Shown one piece after another: positions 36,130-44,294 of a stretch of 52,228 nucleotides of DNA. Source of the DNA: Anaerolineae bacterium (lineage in GTDB: Bacteria > Chloroflexota > Anaerolineae > B4-G1 > DUEL01). The DNA lies in the NCBI GenBank assembly GCA_034435295.1, contig DAOTYD010000072.1, positions 1 through 52,228 of the forward strand, written 5' to 3'. The position numbers and the translations under genes are program-made. The number at the start of each line of letters is the position of its first letter. The first letter of the stretch is position 1. The notes beneath the pieces are model-generated. The model was not told the origin of the DNA and did not search any database. It saw only the letters and a program-made list of their open reading frames with translations.

Positions 36130-37386
36130 ATGGGCCGCATCTGGCGCTGGTTCTGGCGGAGGCTCGACCTCTGGCTCGTGTTGTTGCTGCTCCTCTTCCT
36201 TCTCCAGGCGGAGGGGCCGCCGCCGGGCGCGCTCTCTACACGGCTGGATCGTTTTACCGCTGACCTGCGCTTCAACTTCTGGAGTTGGGAGGCGGAGGCG
36301 CTGGCGGGCAAGCTGGCCCACTGGCTGGTGCAGCCGCAGCGCTACATGAGCGAAGCCGACCGCACCGCCTTTGTGCGCGATTACGCTGCCCAGATCGAGC
36401 AGATCTGGTCGCTCCAGCGGCAGATCGAGACGATCTATGCCGATCCGGCAGTCGCCGATCCCGACGTTCAGGCGGCCGATCTGCGCCAGGCGCTGGAGGA
36501 GCTGCGCGCGCGGATGGCATGGCGGCAGCCGGTCTTTGAGGCGATCATCGAGGAGCAGGTCAGTGTTGCCCTGGCCGACGAGGGCCTGGACATCCTGGGC
36601 CAGCCCTTCCCGCCCGTGGGGGCGCGCTTTACGCCGCTGCCCTACGCCCTCATCGTCTCCCCCCGCGAGCGCATCGAGACGATCTACAGCCAGCACCTGC
36701 AGCACGGGCTGGACGCGGCCCAGCAGACGGCAATCGAGTCGCGCATCGATGAGACTTTCGACGTCTCATCCTACGTGACCGCCATCGGCGGCCTGTCGGC
36801 CTGGCCGGCGATGATGCTGGAGCATTCGTACCTGCCGTGGGTGATGGAGGTCGCCGCCCACGAGTGGACGCACCACTATCTCTACCTTCACCCCCTGGGC
36901 TGGCGCTACGACCGCAGCCAGGAAGCGCGGACGATCAACGAGACAACGGCCTCCATCGTGGGCAAGGAGGTTGGACGGGCGGTCGTGGCGCGCTACTATC
37001 CCGACCTGCTGCCGCCGGAGGAGACGGCCACGCCGCAGCAGCCACAGGAGCCGCCGGCTTTTGACTTTCGCCGCGAGATGCACCTGACGCGGGTGGAGGT
37101 GGACCGGCTGCTGGCCGAGGGCCGGATCGAGGAGGCCGAGGCGTATATGGAAGCGCGGCGTCTCTTTTTCTGGGAGAACGGCTACCGCCTGCGCAAGCTC
37201 AACCAGGCCTATTTCGCCTTCCACGGCTCGTATGCCGACGAGCCGGGCGCGGCGGGCGAGGACCCGGTCGGCCCGGCGGTGCAGCGCCTGCGGGCGCAGA
37301 GCGCCTCTCTGCGCGCCTTTCTGACGCGCATCGACGCGATCACGTCGCTGGCGGAGCTGGAGGCGATGCTGGCAGAAGCGCCGTAG
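36130..37386 (+). CDS. Hypothetical membrane-anchored protein with HExxH motif (putative metallopeptidase)
   Basis: The N-terminal TM is LWLVLLLLLFLL and the motif is AAHEWTHHY. It lies 13 nt downstream of pheT. Confidence 0.45.
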   Translation: MGRIWRWFWRRLDLWLVLLLLLFLLQAEGPPPGALSTRLDRFTADLRFNFWSWEAEALAGKLAHWLVQPQRYMSEADRTAFVRDYAAQIEQIWSLQRQIETIYADPAVADPDVQAADLRQALEELRARMAWRQPVFEAIIEEQVSVALADEGLDILGQPFPPVGARFTPLPYALIVSPRERIETIYSQHLQHGLDAAQQTAIESRIDETFDVSSYVTAIGGLSAWPAMMLEHSYLPWVMEVAAHEWTHHYLYLHPLGWRYDRSQEARTINETTASIVGKEVGRAVVARYYPDLLPPEETATPQQPQEPPAFDFRREMHLTRVEVDRLLAEGRIEEAEAYMEARRLFFWENGYRLRKLNQAYFAFHGSYADEPGAAGEDPVGPAVQRLRAQSASLRAFLTRIDAITSLAELEAMLAEAP

Positions 37387-37407
37387 GACGGCGCTTGCGG
37401 GGCTGCC

Positions 37408-38904
37408 TTACTGCCAGCCGCGGACGAACTCGATCAGCAGGCGCACGCCAAAACCGGATGCCTTCCCTCTGGCGATGTAGGGATGTTCCTTTTCCCCCAC
37501 CGCCATGCCCGCCATGTCGATGTGCGCCCAGGGGTAAGAGACAAAGCGCTTGAGGAACGTCGCCGACGCCCCGACGCCGGGGAACTTTTCCCTGCTGCTG
37601 TTGACCACATCGGCGGTGTCCGACTCGATCATCTTCTCGTATTCGGGAAAGAGCGGCAGCGGCCAGAGCCGTTCTGCCGTCCTGGCTGAGGCGGCCAGCA
37701 GCGCGTCGCGCAGGGCGTCGTCGTTGCTGAACAGCCCGGCAGCGACGCCGACGCCCAGGGCGGTCATGCACGCGCCGGTCAATGTGGCAATGTCAACCAC
37801 GGCAGTGGGCTGGAAGCGCGCGGCATAGACGAGGGCATCGGCCAGCAGCAACCGCCCCTCGGCGTCGGTGCTGACAACCTCGATGGTGGTGCCGTTGCTG
37901 GCGGTGATGACTTCCTGCGGGCGGTAGGCGCGGCTGCCGATCATGTTGTCGGCGGCCGGCGCCAGGCCGACGACGTGGAGGGGCAGGTCGAGCGCGGCGA
38001 CCGCCTGCATCGCGCCGATGACGGCGGCGGCCCCGGCCATGTCCACCTTCATGTTCGCCATCCCTTCCCGCGTCTTGAGGTCATAGCCGCCCGTGTCAAA
38101 AGTCACCCCTTTGCCGACAAGGACGACGGTCTTGAGGTCGGCGGCGCGGTCGGCGTTGTGTTCGAGGACGATAAAGCGGGGCGGCGTGTCGCTGCCCTGG
38201 GCCACGGCCAGCAGCGCGCCCATCTTGAGCGCCTCCATCTGCTTGCGCTCCAGCACCTCGACGCGCAGGCCGCTCTGCTGCGCCATCTCGACGGCGACCT
38301 GGGCCAGGTAAGCGGGCGTGCAGATGTTGGGCGGCAGGTTGACCAGGTCGCGGGTCAGGGCGACGGCGGTGGCAACGACCTGCCCTCTGGCGGCGCCCTC
38401 CGCTGCAGCAGCCATCTCGGCCTCGTCCGACGCCATCAGTTCCAGGCTCTGCGGCAGAGCTGGCGGCGGGGGAGCGGTCTTTTGGCCGTGGTAGCTATAG
38501 AGCCCCAGCTCGCTCCCCTCCACCGTCGCCTGAGCGGCCTGTTCAGCGGGGAGCTTGCCGGTGCCGTGCAGGACGGAAGCCAGGCGGGAGACTTGGAGCT
38601 CGCGGGCCTTTTTGGCAGCGACGGCGGCCGCCTGGCGGACAGCGTCGGCGTCGAATGTTTCCGCCGCGCCCAGGCCGACCAGGATGACGCGGCGGGCGGG
38701 GATGGCGCCGCGTGGGTAGAGCACGGCGATCTGTTGGGCCTTGCCGCCGAAATCGCCGCTGGCGATCAGCCCGGCGACGGCACCTCCCAGCGCCTCATCT
38801 ACAGCTTTGACAGCGCCTTCGAGCGGTGCGCCCTCGAACAGGCTCAGCACGATCCCGTCGGCATCGCTGGCCTGGATGGGGCCGTAGAGGACCTCGATTT
38901 GCAT
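37408..38904 (-). CDS. pepA: Leucyl aminopeptidase (M17)
   Basis: The motifs are VLVGKGVTFDTGGYDLK, NMKVDMAGAAAV and VSTDAEGRLLLADAL (M17 signature). Confidence 0.9.
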   Translation of the reverse strand: MQIEVLYGPIQASDADGIVLSLFEGAPLEGAVKAVDEALGGAVAGLIASGDFGGKAQQIAVLYPRGAIPARRVILVGLGAAETFDADAVRQAAAVAAKKARELQVSRLASVLHGTGKLPAEQAAQATVEGSELGLYSYHGQKTAPPPPALPQSLELMASDEAEMAAAAEGAARGQVVATAVALTRDLVNLPPNICTPAYLAQVAVEMAQQSGLRVEVLERKQMEALKMGALLAVAQGSDTPPRFIVLEHNADRAADLKTVVLVGKGVTFDTGGYDLKTREGMANMKVDMAGAAAVIGAMQAVAALDLPLHVVGLAPAADNMIGSRAYRPQEVITASNGTTIEVVSTDAEGRLLLADALVYAARFQPTAVVDIATLTGACMTALGVGVAAGLFSNDDALRDALLAASARTAERLWPLPLFPEYEKMIESDTADVVNSSREKFPGVGASATFLKRFVSYPWAHIDMAGMAVGEKEHPYIARGKASGFGVRLLIEFVRGWQ

Positions 38905-38944
38905 AGAACGACTCCCTTGCGTCGATAGCTTTCAAAAGCATCTT

Positions 38945-38973
38945 ATTATAACCCGCCGTGGCAACGGTGGCAA
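38945..38973 (-). promoter_or_regulatory. Promoter TTGCCA-N17-TATAAT for pepA
   Basis: The minus strand reads cTTGCCAccgttgccacggcgggtTATAATaag. The -35 is at 38973-38968 and the -10 at 38950-38945. Confidence 0.6.
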
Positions 38974-39075
38974 GCGAGGATTTCCAACAGTGGGGCTGCG
39001 ATAGCTTTCCTCTTTCCCGCAAACTATGCTATACTATATCACGAAACCAACTCCCAGAAGGTGTGTTTCGTGTCG

Positions 39076-39897
39076 ATGAATATAACAGAATTAGGCCCCA
39101 GAGAAGCCGAGTTCCTCTCCCGGCTGGCCGGCGAGGGGCGGTCGGTCTTTACCGTCAGGCAGGCGCGCCGTTTCTGGGGCAACCCGGCCTATACGACCAA
39201 CGTGCTGGGCCGCCTGGAAAACAAGGGCTGGCTGCGCCGCCTGGAACGCGGCACGTACCTGATCATCCCACTGGAGGCCGGCCCCACCCGTGACTGGTCG
39301 GAGAGCGCGCTCGTGCTCGCGCCGTACCTGATCCAGCCAGCCGCTATCGCCTATTGGTCGGCGCTGCACTTTTGGAACATGACCGAGCAGATCCCCGACA
39401 CGTTCTTTGTCCAGTCCACCCGCCGCAAGCACCGCCGCCAGATCGAGGTGCTGGGTGTGCCCTTCCGCTTCGTCACCATCCCCGAGGCCCGTTTCTTTGG
39501 CGTGGCCCAGCGCACCCTCGACGGCAAGTCGATCTACGTCACCGATCGCGAAAAGACTCTGCTCGACGCTGCCGACCGCCCCGACTTGAGCGGCGGAATC
39601 GGCCAACTGGCACACGCGCTGCGCGCGGCCTGGAGCGACGTGGACTGGCCGCGGCTCGACGAGTACCTGGCCCGTTGGGGCATGGGCAGCCTGGTCAAGC
39701 GACTGGGCTACCTGGTCGAAACGCTGGAACTGCCGCTGCCCGACCGCGAGGAGCGGCTGGCCCGCTGGCAATCGGCGCTGACCGCCGGCATCGCGCTGCT
39801 CGAAAGCCGCAGCGGTCACAGCGGCCGCATCGTGACGCGCTGGCGGCTGCGCGTGAACGTGGCCGAGACCTGGCGCGGCGGGGAGGCCGGGCCATGA
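39076..39897 (+). CDS. abiEi: AbiEi-family type IV toxin-antitoxin antitoxin / transcriptional regulator
   Basis: The N-terminal wHTH-like part is FLSRLAGEGRSVFTVRQARRF..VLGRLENKGWLRRLERGTY, and the C-terminal AbiEi_4-like part is IAYWSALHFWNMTEQIP. In-frame GTG starts at 39061 or 39070 are also possible. An extended -10 (tgctatact) is at 39027-39035. Confidence 0.7.
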   Translation: MNITELGPREAEFLSRLAGEGRSVFTVRQARRFWGNPAYTTNVLGRLENKGWLRRLERGTYLIIPLEAGPTRDWSESALVLAPYLIQPAAIAYWSALHFWNMTEQIPDTFFVQSTRRKHRRQIEVLGVPFRFVTIPEARFFGVAQRTLDGKSIYVTDREKTLLDAADRPDLSGGIGQLAHALRAAWSDVDWPRLDEYLARWGMGSLVKRLGYLVETLELPLPDREERLARWQSALTAGIALLESRSGHSGRIVTRWRLRVNVAETWRGGEAGP

Positions 39898-40631
39898 TCA
39901 GCGAGGCCGAACTGCGCCGCCTGGCGGCGCGCTGGGGCGTCGACCCGATGGTGGTCGACCTGGATTATAGCCTGGGCTGGTTCATCGCCGCGCTCTACAG
40001 CGCCAACGCGCTCGCCGATCGGCTGTGCTTCAAAGGCGGCACCGCCCTGCGCAAGTGCTATTTCGCCGATTATCGCTTTTCCGAGGACCTGGATTTTACC
40101 GCGCTGGCGCGCGTCGAACCCGACCAACTCCTGAGATGGGTCGAGCGCGCCGCGCGCTGGGCTGCGGAAGCGAGCGGCCCTGACTATCGCGCCGCCCCGC
40201 CGCGCCTGGAGGTCCTCCGCGACGAATACGGCAGCGAGAGCTACCAGGTGCGCGTCTATTACCGCGGGCCGCTGCACTGGAGCGGCGACCCGCGGGCGAT
40301 CCGTCTGGACGTGACCCGCGAGGAACGGCTGCTGCTACCGCCTACGACATCTACCGCCTGGTTCGATCCGGCGTGACGGCCGCCGACGTCGCGCCGCTGC
40401 TGGAGCAAGTTCCAGGCGCGCGGCCTGGACGTCGAGACCATGGCTGTCGAACCGCTCGCCGCCCGGCGCGCGGCCTTTGAGGACGACTGGGCGCGCCGCC
40501 TCAGTCACCTGGTGCGCGACGCCAACGCTGTGACTTTCGAGACCGCCTGGCAGACAGCCGTGACGCTGCTGCAACAGGCAGTGGAACGCCTGGGCCTGCC
40601 GCCCGACCCACAGGAGGCGAACCGCCCATGA
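39894..40631 (+). pseudogene. abiEii: AbiEii-family nucleotidyltransferase toxin, internally deleted and frameshifted
   Basis: The N-terminus is intact (CFKGGTALRKCYFADYRFSEDLDF) up to a stop at 40374. The YDIYRLVRSGVTAADVAPLLEQ segment is in another frame (from 40343). The C-terminal fragment MAVEPLAARRAAFEDDW is again in the first frame (40440-40631). It starts by ATGA overlap with abiEi. Confidence 0.65.
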
Positions 40632-40707
40632 CCCACCCAGACGACCTTGCCGCTTTTCTCGCCCGCCCCTACGACCCCGCCACGGACGACTGCCGCCACC
40701 CGCCCTG

Positions 40708-41150
40708 CTCCCGCCGGGTCTGTGACCCCCGCCGGGCCTCCACTGGCGGGGGTCGCAGATCCCTGCCGGGCAAGGGATGCCCCACGTCGGCGTTCTGCTA
40801 CACCCCCCTGGTGTAGGACAACTGCTCGCAGTTGTCCTACGAACTGTGCGGGTCACAGAGCCGGCGGGAGCGGGGAGTCATCCGTGTCGCAACGAGATCC
40901 TTCGCTTCGCTCAGGATGACATGGGTTTCGCTCAGGGTGACATGGGTTTCGCTCAGGGTGACATGGGTGTTCGTGGCAAAAAGGTAGAGCGCCCCCCGTC
41001 CTGTTCCCGCCGGGTCTGTGACCCGGCGGCCCCCACCGGCGGCGGTCACAGGCCGCGAAATCCGTGAAATCTGTGTAATCTGTGGCCAAAAAACAGACTC
41101 CCGCCGGGCAAGGGTTGTCCCACGTCGGCGTTCTGCTCCGAACACCCTTC
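40708..41150. repeat. Composite REP/MITE-like array (modules a, b and c)
   Basis: Module a (40708-40802) equals the reverse complement of 14555-14641. Module b is the hairpin gtaggacaactgc/gcagttgtcctac (40813-40841) plus a 21-nt unit cgctcagggtgacatgggttt x3 (40908-40970). Module c (41005-41144) equals 17-43, one 68-bp unit, and 189-238 of the window start. Confidence 0.85.
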
Positions 41151-41226
41151 CAAGAAGGCGACTTGCGAAGAATCAGAGTCGTGGTAGAATATCAATCAGT
41201 AAAAATAGCAGGAACAACGTTAACCC

Positions 41227-41300
41227 GCCGAGGTAGCTCAGCCTGGTAGAGCACCTGACTGAAAATCAGGGAGTCGCCAGTTCAAATCTGGCCCTCGGCA
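41227..41300 (+). tRNA. tRNA-Phe (anticodon GAA)
   Basis: Complete cloverleaf read by hand: acceptor gccgagg/cctcggc, D arm gctc/gagc, anticodon stem cctga/tcagg with loop ctGAAaa, T arm gccag/ctggc with ttcaaat, and discriminator A. The 3' CCA is not encoded (the next bases are cct). Confidence 0.95.
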
Positions 41301-41311
41301 CCTGGTCGCTG

Positions 41312-41342
41312 GCGGCCCGGCCTGCAAAGCCGGGCCGCTTTG
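41312..41342 (+). terminator. Intrinsic terminator after tRNA-Phe
   Basis: gcggcccggc (41312-41321), loop ctgcaaa, gccgggccgc (41329-41338), then tttg. Confidence 0.6.
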
Positions 41343-41374
41343 CACGAGAGGCCGGACCTCCCCCCAACCCCGAC

Positions 41375-41403
41375 TTGCGCAGAACGGCGTCCCAAGGCAT
41401 AAT
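41375..41403 (+). promoter_or_regulatory. Promoter TTGCGC-N17-CATAAT immediately upstream of pgeF (leaderless-type geometry)
   Basis: The -10 ends at 41403. Candidate ATGs are at 41407 and 41413, only 3-9 nt downstream, and no RBS is present. Confidence 0.5.
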
Positions 41404-41406
41404 GGG

Positions 41407-42189
41407 ATGGGCATGCACAGGGAAAACCACGACGGCGTTGTTTTATACCGCTTCGAAGGACTGGCAGGGGCGGGAGTCACCCATGCCGCCTTCACCCGCC
41501 TGGGTGGGGTGAGCCAGGGGCCGTTCGCCACGCTCAATCTGGGCAGCACGGTCGGCGATGACCCCGAAGCGGTGAAGGAAAACCACCAGCGGGCGCTGAA
41601 GGCGCTGGGCCTGCGCCGCGAGCAGACGGTCAGCCCCTACCAGGTGCACTCGGCCAACGTGCGACGGGTGGGCCGCGCTGAGCTGGGCACCATCCAGCAG
41701 GAGACGGACGGCCTGCTGACCGCCGAGCCGGGGGTGGCCCTCCTCTTTCGCTTCGCCGACTGCGCGCCGCTGATTCTCTTCGATCCCGTGCGCCGGGCGG
41801 TGGGACTGCTCCACGCTGGCTGGCGCGGGGCCGCCAACGGCGTCGCTCGCGCTGGCGTGCAGGCCTTTGTCGAGCACGTCGGCAGCCGGCCCGCTGACCT
41901 GTGGGTCGGCATCGGCCCGACCATTGGCCCCTGCTGCTACCAGGTGGGAGCAGAGGTCGCCCAGGCGGTCGAGAGAGCCTGCCCCGCCGGCGCCCAGGTG
42001 GTGCAGCGGCAGGACGGCGCGCTCTACCTCGATCTGCCCGCCGCGCTGAAGGCGCAGCTCCTGGCGGCGGGCGTGGAGACGGTGGAGCTTTCCGGCCTCT
42101 GCACTGCCTGCCGCACCGACGAGTGGTTCTCCCATCGCGGCGAGAGGGGCAGGACCGGGCGCTTTGGCGTGGTCGTGATGCTGGAATAG
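41407..42189 (+). CDS. pgeF: Peptidoglycan editing factor PgeF (YfiH/YlmD, DUF152 laccase-domain protein)
   Basis: The motifs are HAAFTRLGGVS..PFATLNLG, ADCAPLILFDP, HAGWRG and GPCCYQVG. The start may be the ATG at 41413. Confidence 0.85.
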   Translation: MGMHRENHDGVVLYRFEGLAGAGVTHAAFTRLGGVSQGPFATLNLGSTVGDDPEAVKENHQRALKALGLRREQTVSPYQVHSANVRRVGRAELGTIQQETDGLLTAEPGVALLFRFADCAPLILFDPVRRAVGLLHAGWRGAANGVARAGVQAFVEHVGSRPADLWVGIGPTIGPCCYQVGAEVAQAVERACPAGAQVVQRQDGALYLDLPAALKAQLLAAGVETVELSGLCTACRTDEWFSHRGERGRTGRFGVVVMLE

Positions 42190-42198
42190 GGTGACAGG

Positions 42199-42927
42199 TT
42201 GATCGCTCAGAACCTGAAACAGGTCCAAAATCGCATTGCCGAGGCCGCGCTGCGCGCCGGGCACGATCCCGCCGCCATAACCCTGGTGGCGGTGACCAAA
42301 ACCTTTCCGGTAGAGGTGATCCTGGAAGGCTATGCCGTCGGCCTGCGCCACTTTGGCGAAAACCGTCCCGAAGAGGGCGCAGCCAAGGTGCCGCAGGTCA
42401 ATGCGTCCGTGGACGGGCCGCGCCCCACCTGGCACATGATCGGCCACATCCAGAGCCGCAAGGCGGACCTGGCGCTGGCCCATTTCGACATCGTTCATTC
42501 GATCGACCGACCCAAGATCGCCCGGCGGCTGAGCCGCCTGGCGGTCGAGGCCGCGCGGGAGCTGCCGGTGCTGCTGGAGTGCAACGTCAGCGGCGAGGCG
42601 ACCAAGTTCGGTTTCGCCGTCGACCGCTGGGCGTCCGACGCGGCGCAGCGTCAGGCGTTCTTCGCCGCCTGCGCCGAGGTGCTGGCCCTGCCGGGCCTGC
42701 GGGTGGAAGGGCTGATGACCCTGGCCCCCTTTGTCGATGACCCGCAGACAGTCCGCCCGGTCTTTGCCAGCCTGCGCGCGCTGCGCGACGCGCTGGCGGA
42801 GCAGTTCCCCGCCGTCGCCTGGCGGCATCTGTCGATGGGCATGAGCGACGATTTCGAGGTCGCCGTCGAAGAAGGCGCGACGATGGTGCGCATCGGTCGC
42901 GCCCTGTTTGGAGAAAGAGTCGAATGA
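42199..42927 (+). CDS. yggS: YggS/YlmE-family pyridoxal-phosphate homeostasis protein
   Basis: TTG start. The motifs are LVAVTKTFPVE, HFGENRPEE, WHMIGHIQSRK and LSMGMSDDFEVAVEEGATMVRIG. Confidence 0.85.
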   Translation: MIAQNLKQVQNRIAEAALRAGHDPAAITLVAVTKTFPVEVILEGYAVGLRHFGENRPEEGAAKVPQVNASVDGPRPTWHMIGHIQSRKADLALAHFDIVHSIDRPKIARRLSRLAVEAARELPVLLECNVSGEATKFGFAVDRWASDAAQRQAFFAACAEVLALPGLRVEGLMTLAPFVDDPQTVRPVFASLRALRDALAEQFPAVAWRHLSMGMSDDFEVAVEEGATMVRIGRALFGERVE

Positions 42928-43193
42928 TCGCAACCGTTCTGACGTGGTCGATCCGTGCCGCCTTCAACGTCTATGTGCTGTTCCTCATCGCGCGGGCAGT
43001 GCTGCCGATGCTCGGCGTGAGCTATGCCCATCCGGTGATGCGCTTCCTGTGGAACGTCACCGAGCCGCTGCTGGCGCCGCTGCGCCGACGGCTGCCCCTC
43101 GCCGGCCCGCTCGATTGGAGCCCGCTGGTGCTGATCTTCCTCCTCTGGGTCGCCGAAGGATTGCTATTGGCTTTGGTGCAATGGGCGCTGTAG
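42924..43193 (+). CDS. yggT: YggT/YlmG-family membrane protein
   Basis: 89 aa with YVLFLIARAVLPML.....TEPLLAPLRR. ATGA overlap with yggS. Confidence 0.8.
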   Translation: MIATVLTWSIRAAFNVYVLFLIARAVLPMLGVSYAHPVMRFLWNVTEPLLAPLRRRLPLAGPLDWSPLVLIFLLWVAEGLLLALVQWAL

Positions 43194-43495
43194 GACGGTT
43201 CGAGATCGCAGAAACGGCGGGGGGCTGCACCTTCCGCGTCCACGTCGCGCCGCGCAGCCACCGCGACGCGGTGGCAGGTCTGCACGGCGACGCGCTCAAG
43301 GTGCGCCTCAAGGCCCCGCCAGTCGAAGGCCAGGCCAACCAGGCGCTGCAAAGTCTGCTGGCCGACCTGTTGGGCGTGTGCCGAGACGACGTCGAGATCG
43401 TCGCCGGGCACACTTCCCGCAGCAAGACCGTGCGCGTGGCCGGGGTGCAGGCCGCCCAGGTCCGTGCCCTGCTGGAAGGAACGGACGCAGAATAG
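43181..43495 (+). CDS. DUF167 (YggU-like) protein
   Basis: 104 aa with FRVHVAPRSHRDAVAGLHGDALKVRLKAPPVEGQANQAL..LL. It overlaps the yggT end by 13 nt. Confidence 0.75.
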   Translation: MGAVGRFEIAETAGGCTFRVHVAPRSHRDAVAGLHGDALKVRLKAPPVEGQANQALQSLLADLLGVCRDDVEIVAGHTSRSKTVRVAGVQAAQVRALLEGTDAE

Positions 43496-43541
43496 CCTGG
43501 CGGGCCCTGCTTTTGGAACGGTCAGGGGGCGAGGGGAGAGC

Positions 43542-44294
43542 ATGAGCAGAATCATCGGCGTCCTGAATTACAAGGGCGGCACGGGCAAGACGACCACGGT
43601 GGTCAACGTGGCCGCCGGGCTGGCGATGCGCGGGGCGCGCGTGCTGTGCATCGATCTGGACGCCCAGGGCGGGCTGGCGCTGAGCCTGGGCACGCGCTAC
43701 CTCTACACCCTCACCGACCTGTTGCTGGGCCGCGCCGAGCCGGAGGACTGTGTCGTCCGCGCGCGGCACAACCTGGACATCATCGCCAGCGACCGCAGCC
43801 TGCTCGCCGCCGAGGGTGAACTGTGGCGCATGGGCGACGAAAAGGCCGCCCGTCGCCGCCTGGCCGACGGCATGCGCGACATCCGGGGGTATGACTATAT
43901 CCTGCTCGATTTTTCACCCTCGGTCAACATCGTCAGCGAGAACGGGCTGCTCTTTACCGAGGAAATGATCGTGCCGGTGGCGACGGACTATATGGCCCTG
44001 GCCGGCACGCGCCAGGTGATCGATACGCTCAAGTCGGTCTATTGGGAAATGCAGCACTATATCAAGCTCTACCTGGTGCTGCCTTCGTTCTACTACGAAC
44101 AGCGGCGCAAAGATCGTGAAGTGATCGAGTTGTTGCAACGCTATTTTGGCAACCGTGTGGCCGAACCGATCCGGGCCAACGTCCGTCTGGCCGAGGCGCC
44201 AGGTTTTGGCCAGACGATCTATGAGTACGACCCTCGTTGCTCCGGAGCGGAGGACTATGGCCGCCTGGTGGAGAGGATTGTAAAAGATGGATAA
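43542..44294 (+). CDS. ParA/MinD-superfamily ATPase (orphan ParA-like)
   Basis: Deviant Walker A NYKGGTGKTTT, CIDLDAQG, and Walker B YDYILLDFSP. RBS gaggggagag is present. Confidence 0.85.
   Translation: MSRIIGVLNYKGGTGKTTTVVNVAAGLAMRGARVLCIDLDAQGGLALSLGTRYLYTLTDLLLGRAEPEDCVVRARHNLDIIASDRSLLAAEGELWRMGDEKAARRRLADGMRDIRGYDYILLDFSPSVNIVSENGLLFTEEMIVPVATDYMALAGTRQVIDTLKSVYWEMQHYIKLYLVLPSFYYEQRRKDREVIELLQRYFGNRVAEPIRANVRLAEAPGFGQTIYEYDPRCSGAEDYGRLVERIVKDG

Noticed and set aside
40632-41226. Integrase or mobile-element gene expected beside tRNA-Phe
   Set aside because: All ORFs here (for example 40335-40856, 40777-41067 and 40837-41145) are translations of the REP modules (PAGICDPR.., AQGDMGF..). 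No integrase or transposase motif was seen.
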